DNA of 64,000 nt, from positions 1 to 64,000 of the IMG/VR virus record IMGVR_UViG_3300045971_000895; one strand, written 5' to 3'. The notes below the pieces were generated by a model. The model did not search any database and was not told the origin of the DNA. It saw only the letters and a program-made list of their open reading frames with translations. This stretch comes from a virus. Position numbers and translations under genes: made by a program. Of this stretch, positions 8,634-17,439 are shown piece after piece (within the stretch, counting starts at the first letter, position 1; the number at the start of each line of letters is the position of its first letter).

Positions 8634-9118
8634 GGGATGTGCTTCCAGGTCTTTCTGTTGACAATGTTCCAGATGAGCTTCTCGGACACTTCGAACTTGC
8701 GAGCCGTGACCGCCAAGGTCTGCCCCGCCGCTACCTCGGCCCTGATGGAGACGACCTGGGTTGGGGTGAGCTTGTTGTTGACGTGCTGCGTCCCATGGAT
8801 GTGGCGGCCCTTCCTCACCTTGTCCTGCATGTTCTCCAGGTGACTTCCTGCGAAGAGATGACTACCTCGCAGGCAGAGGGGCTGGTCGCAGTGGTGCAGG
8901 ACCTGCTCGCCCTCCTCGAGAGGACCGTTCTGGAGAACGAAGGCAACGTGGCTGGCCCGGTAGGTGACGCCGTTGACCTTCACCTTCGGGTAACCATCAG
9001 CGAAGAGTCCAGCAGTCCATCGCCAGCAGGTGTTGGGGCCGTTCTCGTCAGGACCCTTCTTCACCTTCGACCAGAAACGCATAGCTTGGTCGAAGGTGAT
9101 GTCATCGTACTTGATCAC
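8630..9118 (-). CDS. HNH homing endonuclease
   Basis: HHCDQPLC...GSHL...N HNH core; typical HNH_3 phage endonuclease architecture. Confidence 0.7.
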   Translation of the reverse strand: MIKYDDITFDQAMRFWSKVKKGPDENGPNTCWRWTAGLFADGYPKVKVNGVTYRASHVAFVLQNGPLEEGEQVLHHCDQPLCLRGSHLFAGSHLENMQDKVRKGRHIHGTQHVNNKLTPTQVVSIRAEVAAGQTLAVTARKFEVSEKLIWNIVNRKTWKHIP

Positions 9119-9127
9119 TGGAGGTCC

Positions 9128-9337
9128 TCACTTGTAGGAGATGCCGTTACGTCGAAGAAGACTCTCAAGTCGCTTGATCTCCTTGTAGAGGTCGCCAAGC
9201 TCTTGCATGGAGATGAGGGCCCACGGCACGAAGGGAGACACCACCTCGACGCCCCTCTCCGAGAGTTGCACGACTCCTGGGCGTCGGATCCTTCCCAAGC
9301 GCCGGTCCCTGCTCTTGCCGCGCTTGGTGGAGCTCAC
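9128..9337 (-). CDS. small protein whose N-terminus repeats the methyltransferase N-terminus
   Basis: GTG start; (V/M)SSTKRGKSRDRR matches the methyltransferase N-terminus MSSTKRGRSRQRH. Confidence 0.35.
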   Translation of the reverse strand: MSSTKRGKSRDRRLGRIRRPGVVQLSERGVEVVSPFVPWALISMQELGDLYKEIKRLESLLRRNGISYK

Positions 9338-9518
9338 TTGCGGGGCTCGGGGCTCAGGAAGCCGTCTCGGTACGCGACCTGAAGCCCCTGAGCGATGATG
9401 TCGATGGGGCTGGCGCTTCCGTTGCCGATGGCCGCCCAGAGGCTCTCGGCCTGCTTCTGGAACGACTCAGCAACGAGCACCTTCATGCCGTTGTGCTGAA
9501 CGTAGTTACGCTTGACCT

Positions 9519-10391
9519 TCACAGTCGGATTTCCTCTCCCTTGTCGTTGGTGACCTTCTTGTTCTTCATGGACATCTTCCCGCCGACCGTGCCCCAGATG
9601 GCTTTCTCGACTGCTCGAGACCGCGCTTCTTCCTTGCGGAGGTACGTCTCCTCCCAGGCGCCCATCCAGTGCTTCTTGGCCTTCTTGTTGAGCCACTTCC
9701 CGTAGAGGCGCTTGAGCTTCGTGATCTCCGGGAGGTTCTCGGAAGAGATGCGGGGCCAGATGTCGAGCCAGATGCAGTCGAACTTCCGGTAGGGCTGGGG
9801 CTCCCAGATGCAGCTCGGGGTCCAGGTGAAAGCATCGTGGCAGCTCACCGCGAGCTTGTTGTTCTCCTCCTCGGCGAGCACCTTGCGGATGTGTGGGAGG
9901 ACGAGGTCGATGACCTCCTGGCTCTTCTCCACCACCACGACCATCTTCACGCTCTTCTTGCGGAGGACGGGGATGAGGCTGGCGCCAAGGCCGAGACCCG
10001 CGATGAGGACGCGGCCGCGGGCGTTGTCCATCAGGGGCCGGCTGGAGTGGAGCTCGTAGGGAGCATCCGTCATCATGATCTCCCAGACGTTGTTCACCAG
10101 GACGTGGAGCCGGGTGTAGCGGCCGGGAGGGCAGACGCGGTCCGGACGCCCATTCACCGTGGCGGCCAGGTTCTCGAGCATGAGCTTACGGTCGTCCACC
10201 TTGGCTTCGACGTGCTCGATGGTGACGTTGTCGCTCTCGCCCTCCGGGATGACCTTGTGGAGGGTGCCGGCCATCTCGTGCTTGTTGTCGAGGAGCTTCT
10301 TGGCCACGCGGATCTGCGTGTTGATGTTCTCGTGCAACTTCTTCAGCTGCCGCATCTGAGCGGAGCTGAATCCGAGGTCTGCGTTCTTCAT
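9519..10391 (-). CDS. class I SAM-dependent methyltransferase or aminopropyltransferase-like protein
   Basis: VLIAGLGLGAS is a Gly-rich Rossmann motif. VVVVEKSQEVID and FDCIWLDIW fit the spermidine-synthase-like fold pattern. Confidence 0.5.
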   Translation of the reverse strand: MKNADLGFSSAQMRQLKKLHENINTQIRVAKKLLDNKHEMAGTLHKVIPEGESDNVTIEHVEAKVDDRKLMLENLAATVNGRPDRVCPPGRYTRLHVLVNNVWEIMMTDAPYELHSSRPLMDNARGRVLIAGLGLGASLIPVLRKKSVKMVVVVEKSQEVIDLVLPHIRKVLAEEENNKLAVSCHDAFTWTPSCIWEPQPYRKFDCIWLDIWPRISSENLPEITKLKRLYGKWLNKKAKKHWMGAWEETYLRKEEARSRAVEKAIWGTVGGKMSMKNKKVTNDKGEEIRL

Positions 10392-10404
10392 GTGGGGTAA
10401 GGGC

Positions 10405-10905
10405 CTATGTGCGCTTGCGCTTGAGTGGTTTTGCCGTGAGCCTCTTCGTCTTCTTTGGCTTCACGGCTTCGGGAGCTGCCGCGACCGGGCGCTCTCGTGC
10501 TGCACGAAGAAGGCGAGCCTCACCACGGAGGCGCTCCACCTTCTCTTTCTGCTTGTCGGCGTACTTCTGCGCGCGGGTGCGCTCCTTCTCCGTCGTGGCG
10601 TCGGCCAGCTTCTTCTCCTGCACCGAAGCCCAGTACTCGGCCGCCTTGGCCTGCTTCTCGAGGGACTCTGCGGTCACCTTCCCTCGGATCTTCCCCTTCC
10701 CCCACAGGGAGAGCAGGGAAGTGAACACCTTGCTCTCCGCGCGCTTCGCCAGGTCGTCCGCCACGATGGCAGATTCGGCATCGAGGATGCGGTCGATGGC
10801 CTCGAGGTGCCTGACCTCGAGGATGCTCTTGTCGGTACCGTACTCTTCCAGCATCGCGTGAATCTTCTGCTGGGAGTTGAGGTGGACCTCTTGTACTGGG
10901 GTCAT
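10405..10905 (-). CDS. hypothetical protein with a basic C-terminal tail
   Basis: 166-aa ORF. Confidence 0.5.
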   Translation of the reverse strand: MTPVQEVHLNSQQKIHAMLEEYGTDKSILEVRHLEAIDRILDAESAIVADDLAKRAESKVFTSLLSLWGKGKIRGKVTAESLEKQAKAAEYWASVQEKKLADATTEKERTRAQKYADKQKEKVERLRGEARLLRAARERPVAAAPEAVKPKKTKRLTAKPLKRKRT

Positions 10906-11228
10906 CTCGTCTTCGACGACCGCTTGGGGTCGTACTTGGCCTGAAGACGCTCTACGTCGCCGTCGAGTGCCTTGAGCGTGGAGCGAACCCAGCTGCTGAG
11001 GCTTCCCTTCGTTTCGTCGTAGGACTCGAGGGCATCGACGAGAAGCTTGTTGGCGGCTTCCCGGATATCGCTCTCCCGGACGCCGCGCGCCCGGAAGTTG
11101 TACTGATTGATCTCGAGGTCGACGAGCGGCTTCAGCGCCAGCTTCAACATCTCAAGGGTGACGAGAAGATCCGGCTTCCTCTTCCACTCCATGAGCAGAG
11201 TACTCACTGCCTGATCGGATGCATCCAT
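10902..11228 (-). CDS. hypothetical protein (weak ECF sigma region-2-like pattern)
   Basis: 108 aa. LLVDALESYDETKGSLSSWVRSTL resembles sigma region 2.2-2.3. Confidence 0.4.
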   Translation of the reverse strand: MDASDQAVSTLLMEWKRKPDLLVTLEMLKLALKPLVDLEINQYNFRARGVRESDIREAANKLLVDALESYDETKGSLSSWVRSTLKALDGDVERLQAKYDPKRSSKTR

Positions 11229-11232
11229 CTAC

Positions 11233-11505
11233 TCACCTGTTGCCCTTCTTCTGGGTAGAGATGTGTGGGCCCTTCCTGAACTTGATGTTGCTCTTCTCGA
11301 CTTGCAGGTCAATCCCGAAAGAGTCTGCGACCTCTTCGAGGTACTGATAGTAGGCGGGGTCGTCGAGACAGGTTGCCTCCTTCCAGGCCCAGCGTATGTA
11401 GCCCGGATCATTCGTCGCAACCTGCTCGACAGTTTCCCCTTCGTGCTTGCGACCGCCGAACGTCCAGTTCTCACTGCCGTCCTTCGGGCGCCGCAGGAGT
11501 GACAT
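11233..11505 (-). CDS. DUF3820-like small protein
   Basis: FGGRKHEGETVEQV...DPGYIRWA pattern. Confidence 0.5.
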   Translation of the reverse strand: MSLLRRPKDGSENWTFGGRKHEGETVEQVATNDPGYIRWAWKEATCLDDPAYYQYLEEVADSFGIDLQVEKSNIKFRKGPHISTQKKGNR

Positions 11506-11517
11506 TGTGATTCCTCT

Positions 11518-11889
11518 CTAGGCCTGTGGGTGCCTCGCCGCATAGCGGCCAGCCTTCAGGCCTTGTGTGTACAGATCGGCTTCGTCCTTCTTCAGGACGC
11601 GCCACTGGTGCTCGGGGTACTGCTCTCGCATGTTGCGGACGATGTCGTAGGCCTCGTCTTGCCCTTTGACCGGAGGGAGGTGTGGCCAGGTTCGCCAGAT
11701 GCCACCCAACTCCTTCGACTGCACGACGTAGTAGAGGTTGTCTCGTATGAGTTTGAGCGCGGCCTCTAGCTTCAGCGGTTTCTTCTTCATCGCAGCTCCA
11801 GTGTTGCTGTCTCTCCTTGGTGCTATGATCCTCGTGAGCCTGACGCTGCACCTAGCAGTACCCGGAAGGGCTCCGAAGAACCCTGACAA
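11518..11889 (-). CDS. hypothetical protein
   Basis: 123-aa ORF. Confidence 0.5.
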   Translation of the reverse strand: MSGFFGALPGTARCSVRLTRIIAPRRDSNTGAAMKKKPLKLEAALKLIRDNLYYVVQSKELGGIWRTWPHLPPVKGQDEAYDIVRNMREQYPEHQWRVLKKDEADLYTQGLKAGRYAARHPQA

Positions 11890-12059
11890 TGCCTTCGGGC
11901 CTACGGGGCACGGAAGCGCCGGCGAACGAGGATGACGTGGTGTGGTAGCGGCTCAGAACCTGGCACTACTGGCGGTCGGAAGATCGGTGAGAGATTGCGC
12001 CGCACCGACCGTCAGCACCCAGGTTTTGGGCGAAGGGCGAAGCTGAGCCCTCTACTCCC

Positions 12060-12503
12060 TTATGCCTCAACCCGGAGCTGATTCGCTGCGACGGAGTTGG
12101 CGGGGTTCTGGAACCACTGTGCCATGTGCAGGTCGTACCGGTACATGTGGTCGGCCATCCAGGCGGACATGAAGTTGCCCATCCTGACGATGAGGGGCTT
12201 GTTGTCTCCCTCGACCCTGTACTCGTCGGCCAGCTTGTTGAACGTGGCCGCCATCTGCTGGTGCTGTATCAGGTGCGCGAGGATGAGTGGGTAGCCGGTC
12301 CTTCGCATGGCGGCTTCCTCGTCCTGGAAGTGCTCGGTGACGAGGTAGCCCATCAGGTCGAGGTACTCGACGACGTGCTTGTGTGCCACGTCTCTACGCA
12401 CCGCATCGACGAGTTTCTCTAGACCGGCCAGCAGCTGCTCATGCGCCTGGTCGATCTTGGGAACGCCTGTGCGGACTCGGTCTTCAAGAATGAAGATGGC
12501 CAT
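12060..12503 (-). CDS. bacteriohemerythrin-like protein
   Basis: Hemerythrin His/Glu ligand pattern: IDQAHEQL, HFQDEE...H..H, WMADHMYRYD. Confidence 0.65.
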   Translation of the reverse strand: MAIFILEDRVRTGVPKIDQAHEQLLAGLEKLVDAVRRDVAHKHVVEYLDLMGYLVTEHFQDEEAAMRRTGYPLILAHLIQHQQMAATFNKLADEYRVEGDNKPLIVRMGNFMSAWMADHMYRYDLHMAQWFQNPANSVAANQLRVEA

Positions 12504-12620
12504 GGGAGGAGTCTAACCACTTTCGTTGTCGCTTGGGGAGGGTGTCTTGGGCCAGCTCCCCCTTGTACCGAAGTACACTAACAAGTTGACGTACATCCAC
12601 GAGGTATGGTTCCGTGCCAC
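12504..12620. promoter_or_regulatory. divergent intergenic switch region between the minus early block and the plus block
   Basis: 117-bp gap between divergent genes, containing TTGACG. No confident -10 box identified. Confidence 0.3.
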
Positions 12621-12929
12621 ATGAGCGAGGTTCCATACGTCAGCACGTCCATCGCCCTCCAAGTCGCTGAGTGGGAACGTCGCTTCGAGCGGCTTCCTTC
12701 GAGCTCAGGGCTCCTCTTCGTCAGCATCACGCCCAAGCCCGGCATCGGTGGGTTCGTCCATGAGTTCGACCTCCTCCTCGGCTTCAACAAAGAACTCGCA
12801 GACGTCGGGCTCTCCCTTGCGAAGCACGTCCTCGCAGAAGAGATCGAGAAGTTCGCCATCAACGTCCGCGTCGCACGAGGCCTCGCCTGTGCCAGCGCTC
12901 GTTCAGGTTCTGGTGGCGATCCGGGTTAG
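12606..12929 (+). CDS. hypothetical protein
   Basis: High-GC3 ORF immediately upstream of the XRE gene. Confidence 0.4.
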   Translation: MVPCHMSEVPYVSTSIALQVAEWERRFERLPSSSGLLFVSITPKPGIGGFVHEFDLLLGFNKELADVGLSLAKHVLAEEIEKFAINVRVARGLACASARSGSGGDPG

Positions 12930-12933
12930 CAGG

Positions 12934-13098
12934 ATGACTGCGGTCGAGGCAGCCGCTCGCATGGGCGTCAGCCGGCAGCAGATCTGGAACATCGAGAACG
13001 CCATCCAAGGGCCGCCTTCCGTCACCACGTTGGAGCGCTACGCTCGAGCGGTGGGGGCCAAGGTGGTCGTGAAGCGCCTCTCTGCTCTTCCCCGTTGA
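12934..13098 (+). CDS. XRE-family helix-turn-helix regulator (Cro/CI-like)
   Basis: MTAVEAAARMGVSRQQIWNIENAIQGPPSVTTLERYARAVG is a canonical HTH_XRE. Trimmed to ATG 12934. Confidence 0.6.
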   Translation: MTAVEAAARMGVSRQQIWNIENAIQGPPSVTTLERYARAVGAKVVVKRLSALPR

Positions 13099-13133
13099 CT
13101 CTTCCCATCGACGGGGGTACATCGTCTGTACAC

Positions 13134-13478
13134 ATGGCGGACTTCTTCAACGACGGTGGCCGCAACCCGCTCATCATTCCTGGGCAGGTGCAGCCTGCCG
13201 GCCCGACCTGCCCCCACTGCCACGTGGGCGGAGAGTGGACGGCTCGCAGGATTCAGGGCGTCGCTCACTTCACCTGCAAGAAGTGCAACGGGAAGTGGGA
13301 GGGCGGCCTTCCGCAGGAGCCGCAGGATCCCCGCGTGCCGCTGCCCACCACCAGCTACATCCCCCCGGTCCGCATCGGCAAGGACTCCAAGGGACAGGAC
13401 GTCGAGATCCGAAGGCGCATCGACACCCGCACCGACTTCAGAAAGGGCGGCTTGATACCGCCCGAAGGAGAAGAGTGA
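13134..13478 (+). CDS. zinc-ribbon protein
   Basis: CPHC...CKKC; ATG 13134. Confidence 0.45.
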   Translation: MADFFNDGGRNPLIIPGQVQPAGPTCPHCHVGGEWTARRIQGVAHFTCKKCNGKWEGGLPQEPQDPRVPLPTTSYIPPVRIGKDSKGQDVEIRRRIDTRTDFRKGGLIPPEGEE

Positions 13479-14311
13479 TGGCAGAGAACGAAGGGCCTGT
13501 GGTCTTCGGTGGCAAGGAGCTCGACCCGGATCAGGAGGCGAAGTACAGGTCCCAGATCGCCGAGGCACGCAAGGGCGGGGTCTCCTCGCTGAAGGGTGGC
13601 GACCCGGTCGGCATCGCTCCCAAGGTCGCCATCCCGGTGGGTCAGCGCCCCGTCACTCGCGCGCCAGGGGAAGGCGTGACGCCGCGGCCTCCCGGCTCGC
13701 CGCTCCTCTCGCCAGAGACCGCGCAGCAGCTCCAGGACCTCGCGGCCGCTCAGGTGGCGCAGGCTGCCACCGCCAAGGTCGAGGAGAAGAAGGCCGAAGA
13801 GAAGAAGGTCGAGGAGAGCCTCTTCGATGCCTTCGACTTCGACGGCCGCAACGAGGCCGAGAAGGTCCTCAACAACAAGAAGCGCCGCAAGGAGATCGAG
13901 GATCGCTGCGAGCCCATGAAGCTCGAGGACCTCATCATGCGGGACGAGGTTCAGCAGGTGGTCCAGATCGTCCCGGGCAAGTTCGATGTCACCTACCGCT
14001 CGATGACCCCGGACGACAACCTCTACATCAAGCGGTACATCTCCAAGCACGACACCGGGCAGAGCGACCAGTACGTGCTGGAGAAGTTCGGCATGTGCCA
14101 GCTCACCTGCACGGTCGTCTCCATCAACGGTCGGGCGCTGCCCGAGTACCGCAAGGCTGATGGAGACGTGGACGACGAGCTCTTCGAGAAGAAGCTGAAG
14201 ATGCTCCTCAAGAAGAGCGCCTACGTCGTGGCCGACCTCGGCATCAACTACAGCTGGTTCGACATCAGGGTGAGGAAGCTCCTCAACCCGGACTCCTTGG
14301 GAAATGGCTAA
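13478..14311 (+). CDS. hypothetical protein (277 aa)
   Basis: ATG preceded by GAAGGAGAAG; TGATG overlap with the upstream gene. Confidence 0.6.
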   Translation: MAENEGPVVFGGKELDPDQEAKYRSQIAEARKGGVSSLKGGDPVGIAPKVAIPVGQRPVTRAPGEGVTPRPPGSPLLSPETAQQLQDLAAAQVAQAATAKVEEKKAEEKKVEESLFDAFDFDGRNEAEKVLNNKKRRKEIEDRCEPMKLEDLIMRDEVQQVVQIVPGKFDVTYRSMTPDDNLYIKRYISKHDTGQSDQYVLEKFGMCQLTCTVVSINGRALPEYRKADGDVDDELFEKKLKMLLKKSAYVVADLGINYSWFDIRVRKLLNPDSLGNG

Positions 14312-14382
14312 ACACCGCTGAGGGGTGGGCTAGGGCGAACGTCCTCTACGAGAAGACGAATCGCCCTCCCAAGGCGGGGAGC

Positions 14383-14730
14383 TTGAAGGAAGCGCTCTTC
14401 TTGTCTGTCTGGCTCAGGCGGCAGGAAGCTCAGGTGTTCCAGGTGCGGATCCTCGCACAAGGACTCGCTGACCTTGCGACGAAGGAGAGTCACGTCGCAG
14501 AGATCTTCAAGGAGTACACCGAGAGCGTCTTCCCGTTCACGAAGGGCCAGCAGGACTCGAAGGATGCGGAGATGAAGGCCGTGATGAAGAGGGAGGTCGA
14601 CAAGGGCATGCTCACCTTCCAGGCGCATCCGGTTTCGTTCCTCAGAAACAAGGCGCAAGAGATGCTCGAGCTTCCAGAAGACTTCAAGAAGAAGCTGGCC
14701 GCCAAGGCGGCCGCCAAGGGGAAGAAGTGA
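14383..14730 (+). CDS. hypothetical protein
   Basis: TTG start ORF. Confidence 0.4.
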   Translation: MKEALFLSVWLRRQEAQVFQVRILAQGLADLATKESHVAEIFKEYTESVFPFTKGQQDSKDAEMKAVMKREVDKGMLTFQAHPVSFLRNKAQEMLELPEDFKKKLAAKAAAKGKK

Positions 14731-15071
14731 TGAGAGTCGAGCTGACGGGCTTCTCGCAGGGAGTGTCCTTCGAGGAGAAGGGCGCGATGATCAACTACCT
14801 CGACTTCAGGAAGGACGATGGCTCCTCCTTCCGGATCCCGGTTCCCGAGGAGTCGATGCAGGTGCTGCTCAAAGAGGTCTACGAGAACGGCCAGACGAAG
14901 CAGGCCGCGCCGGCTCCTGAACCCGAGCCACTGCCGGAGGGTGCCGAGGAGTTCGGTGGCGACTTCGAGCCTGGCCAGGAGGAGCCTGAAGTGGCGCCAG
15001 AGGAAGAGCCAGAGGACCCGTACGTGGAGCAGGGAACCCCGGAGTCGGAGGACGACGTTCCGTCGATCTGA
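14727..15071 (+). CDS. acidic protein
   Basis: 114 aa with a Glu/Pro-rich C-terminus. TGATG overlap. Confidence 0.5.
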   Translation: MMRVELTGFSQGVSFEEKGAMINYLDFRKDDGSSFRIPVPEESMQVLLKEVYENGQTKQAAPAPEPEPLPEGAEEFGGDFEPGQEEPEVAPEEEPEDPYVEQGTPESEDDVPSI

Positions 15072-15073
15072 CC

Positions 15074-15508
15074 ATGTTCCTCATCACCATCTGCAACTCC
15101 TGCTACTCCCGCTTCGACGTGACCATCGCGCCGGAGACGAGTCACCTTCTCGCCCAGATGGCGGACGAGGATGGGCTGGCGTCCTGCCCCCGCCACTGTG
15201 GTGGGAAGATCAACGTGACAGGAGACGTGACCATCACCAGCATCGCGCAGGAGCAGAAGGAACAGATCCACCTCACCACCGTAGAGCTCTACCGGGCCAT
15301 CCACGGTGCCGGGCTCCCCGACGAGATTCCGCAGTCGGGTGAGTTGGTCGAGGCCCTGCTCAAGACGCACAAGGTGAAGGACGCTCTGGTCGAGGAGGTC
15401 GGGAACCGCGTCTTCGTCCACGAGCTTCGGCTGGAGAACGGCAGCACCATCCACCTCACCGCCGGCGGCAGCGGCGCGCAGGTGCTGAAGGTCACGAGGG
15501 CAACATGA
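15074..15508 (+). CDS. hypothetical protein
   Basis: 144-aa ORF. Confidence 0.5.
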   Translation: MFLITICNSCYSRFDVTIAPETSHLLAQMADEDGLASCPRHCGGKINVTGDVTITSIAQEQKEQIHLTTVELYRAIHGAGLPDEIPQSGELVEALLKTHKVKDALVEEVGNRVFVHELRLENGSTIHLTAGGSGAQVLKVTRAT

Positions 15509-15843
15509 GCGCACTCGCAGAGCTGTCAGAGGCCGTCCTCCGCCTCGAGCACAAGATGGATCTCCTCTTCCGCTCCCTCGGGCTTGGGGAAGGGATCTTC
15601 CCGCAGATGAACTTCATCGGGCTGAACTGCCCGGTGTGCAAGAAGACGGTCGAGTACCAAGTCGATGTCGTGAACCAGGTCGTGAAGCGCAAGTGCGGCT
15701 GCACTACGGGGAAGCAGCCTCCTCTCATCCCACTCACACCCGTGCCGCAAGGAGCAACCGATGGCAGATCCAATGGAGAGCCTGATCGATCAGGAGCAGT
15801 CGAGGTCAGCACCGAGGACCGTCCTCGCCGCCAAGGGCGTTGA
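15505..15843 (+). CDS. hypothetical protein (CPVC...CGC)
   Basis: 112-aa ORF; the 3' end overlaps the next ORF by about 80 nt, so its end is uncertain. Confidence 0.4.
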   Translation: MSALAELSEAVLRLEHKMDLLFRSLGLGEGIFPQMNFIGLNCPVCKKTVEYQVDVVNQVVKRKCGCTTGKQPPLIPLTPVPQGATDGRSNGEPDRSGAVEVSTEDRPRRQGR

Positions 15844-16033
15844 CATCGCCCTCATCACCTACGTCGACGAGCAGGGGACGCAGATCACCCAGCTCGCCGT
15901 GGTGGGCGACAACCGGGTCCACGTCCTCGACGGCAAGCCGATGGGCTTCAGCAAGGTGTCCACGCCGCAGGGCCTGGCCAACGACTGGCTGCGCGATGGC
16001 GTCTTCGCCAAGCTCGGGCGGAAGGTGAAGTAG
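15761..16033 (+). CDS. hypothetical protein
   Basis: 90-aa ORF. Confidence 0.4.
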   Translation: MADPMESLIDQEQSRSAPRTVLAAKGVDIALITYVDEQGTQITQLAVVGDNRVHVLDGKPMGFSKVSTPQGLANDWLRDGVFAKLGRKVK

Positions 16034-16459
16034 ATGACGGCGAAGATCGCCAGCGAGACGAAGCTCATCCCGCGCCGCGGCTGGGTCCTCGTTCTCTCCG
16101 ACGCCAGGAAGATGTCGCTCGACTCGGGCATCTTCCTGCCACCCTCGGAGACGAAGGCCGAGAAGGTGACGGAGCAGGCGGGGCTCGTCATCCGCCTCGG
16201 CCCGCACGACCACCTCGACAAGATCGGGGTCGTCGAGGGCGACCGCATCGTCTACCGCGGCTTCATGAAGCACCACGTCCCCATCGAGACCGGCGAGTGC
16301 TGGCCGGACGGCTCCACCAAGGAGTTCTTCCTGATGGACGTGACGGACATCCTCGCGGTGGTGCCCGACGGTGTCGAAGTGGGCATCTACACCAGCCGTC
16401 CTTCGCAGCACGCGGTCGAGTCGGTGGACGCCGAGGGCAACGTGAAGATGAGGCGCTGA
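16034..16459 (+). CDS. GroES-like co-chaperonin (Cpn10)
   Basis: IPRRGWVLV...DSGIFLP..TKAEKVTEQAGLVIRLGP...VEGDRIVYRGF...EFFLMDVTDILAVV parallels the GroES RPLHDRVIV...AGGIVL...GEVLAVG...GDIV... pattern, including the mobile-loop position. Confidence 0.7.
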   Translation: MTAKIASETKLIPRRGWVLVLSDARKMSLDSGIFLPPSETKAEKVTEQAGLVIRLGPHDHLDKIGVVEGDRIVYRGFMKHHVPIETGECWPDGSTKEFFLMDVTDILAVVPDGVEVGIYTSRPSQHAVESVDAEGNVKMRR

Positions 16460-16614
16460 TGGACGCCAGCATGTTCCGCGACGCGGAGAAGGGGCTGCTG
16501 ACCATCTTCGTCATCGTCTTCCTGGTCGGTGGTGCCTGTGGGGCGGGCTGCCTGTACCTCTCGGGGAAGGCTGGCGGGTACCGCATCCACATCGAGAAGG
16601 TGGAGAAGAACTGA
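16459..16614 (+). CDS. small membrane protein
   Basis: 51 aa with one transmembrane helix. TGATG overlap. Confidence 0.35.
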   Translation: MDASMFRDAEKGLLTIFVIVFLVGGACGAGCLYLSGKAGGYRIHIEKVEKN

Positions 16615-16859
16615 TGGCGAACCCTCAGGGCAAGTTCAAGGTCAACTCGGTGACCGTGGTCATCGGGTACGAGACGCAGAACGGCATCGAGGAGGTCGTC
16701 CACCAGGTGGACGGCGTGAAGTGCGACATCCTCAGCGTGCAGCACGGCGTGGAGAGGAAGTCGCGAGCGGTGAAGGACCCGAAGGACGGAGCCATCCTCA
16801 ACTACGAGCCGACCGGTGAGACGTTCCTCACCCTCAAGGTCAAGTACATCCAGGGGTAG
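16614..16859 (+). CDS. hypothetical protein
   Basis: 81-aa ORF; TGATG overlap. Confidence 0.45.
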   Translation: MANPQGKFKVNSVTVVIGYETQNGIEEVVHQVDGVKCDILSVQHGVERKSRAVKDPKDGAILNYEPTGETFLTLKVKYIQG

Positions 16860-16861
16860 CC

Positions 16862-17080
16862 ATGACCGACACGCTGAAGGGGCCGGTGCTCAAGGTGCGG
16901 GGCCCGCAAGACAATCTGATCACCATCCACAAGGGAGGCACCGCACTCGTGTCCGTCTCCATGGATGGAGTGGTGACCTACGGGGAGGGCTACAACCCGG
17001 ACGACGCGGCTCGCATCTTCTGGAGCAGCATCGCGGCCCGGCGGCCCACGTGCCCGCACTGCGGGAAGGGGATCTCATGA
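16862..17080 (+). CDS. hypothetical protein (C-terminal CPHCG)
   Basis: 72-aa ORF. Confidence 0.45.
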   Translation: MTDTLKGPVLKVRGPQDNLITIHKGGTALVSVSMDGVVTYGEGYNPDDAARIFWSSIAARRPTCPHCGKGIS

Positions 17081-17409
17081 CGGACGTCTACTTCGGCTCG
17101 GTCAAGAAGGTCTTCAAGGCGTTCTCCAGCAGCGATGGAGTCGACCTGCTCATGATCCCGGGGCAGGACTTCCCCTACGTCATCACGGAGATCATCCTCC
17201 GCACCGACGGCCTGCCTGCCGACGGAGTCATCTCGCTCTTCAAGGACAGCGGCAAGATGCTCGACATCGCCATCCCTGCCTCGCTGGAGCCCATCTACGT
17301 CGACGGGGACAAGTGGACGGTGGGGCACGAGGAGAGCGTGACTCTCTCGATCCCTGTCGGCTATGTCATCTCTGGCCGGCTCATGTTCGAGATCGTCGTC
17401 GACCGGTAG
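17077..17409 (+). CDS. hypothetical protein
   Basis: ATGA overlap; trimmed from ORF 16816..17409. Confidence 0.45.
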   Translation: MTDVYFGSVKKVFKAFSSSDGVDLLMIPGQDFPYVITEIILRTDGLPADGVISLFKDSGKMLDIAIPASLEPIYVDGDKWTVGHEESVTLSIPVGYVISGRLMFEIVVDR

Positions 17410-17439
17410 CACCACAACTCAAGGAGAAGCACATGTCCA

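Noticed and set aside
11890-12060. tRNA gene in the 170-bp gap
   Set aside because: Candidate GGTAG/TCGGAAG stretches do not fold into acceptor, D, anticodon and T arms with correct spacing.
15505-16033. Programmed frameshift joining 15505..15843 and 15761..16033
   Set aside because: There is no slippery heptamer at the overlap. The two ORFs are more simply explained as overlapping genes or a mis-set 3' end, and the evidence is insufficient.
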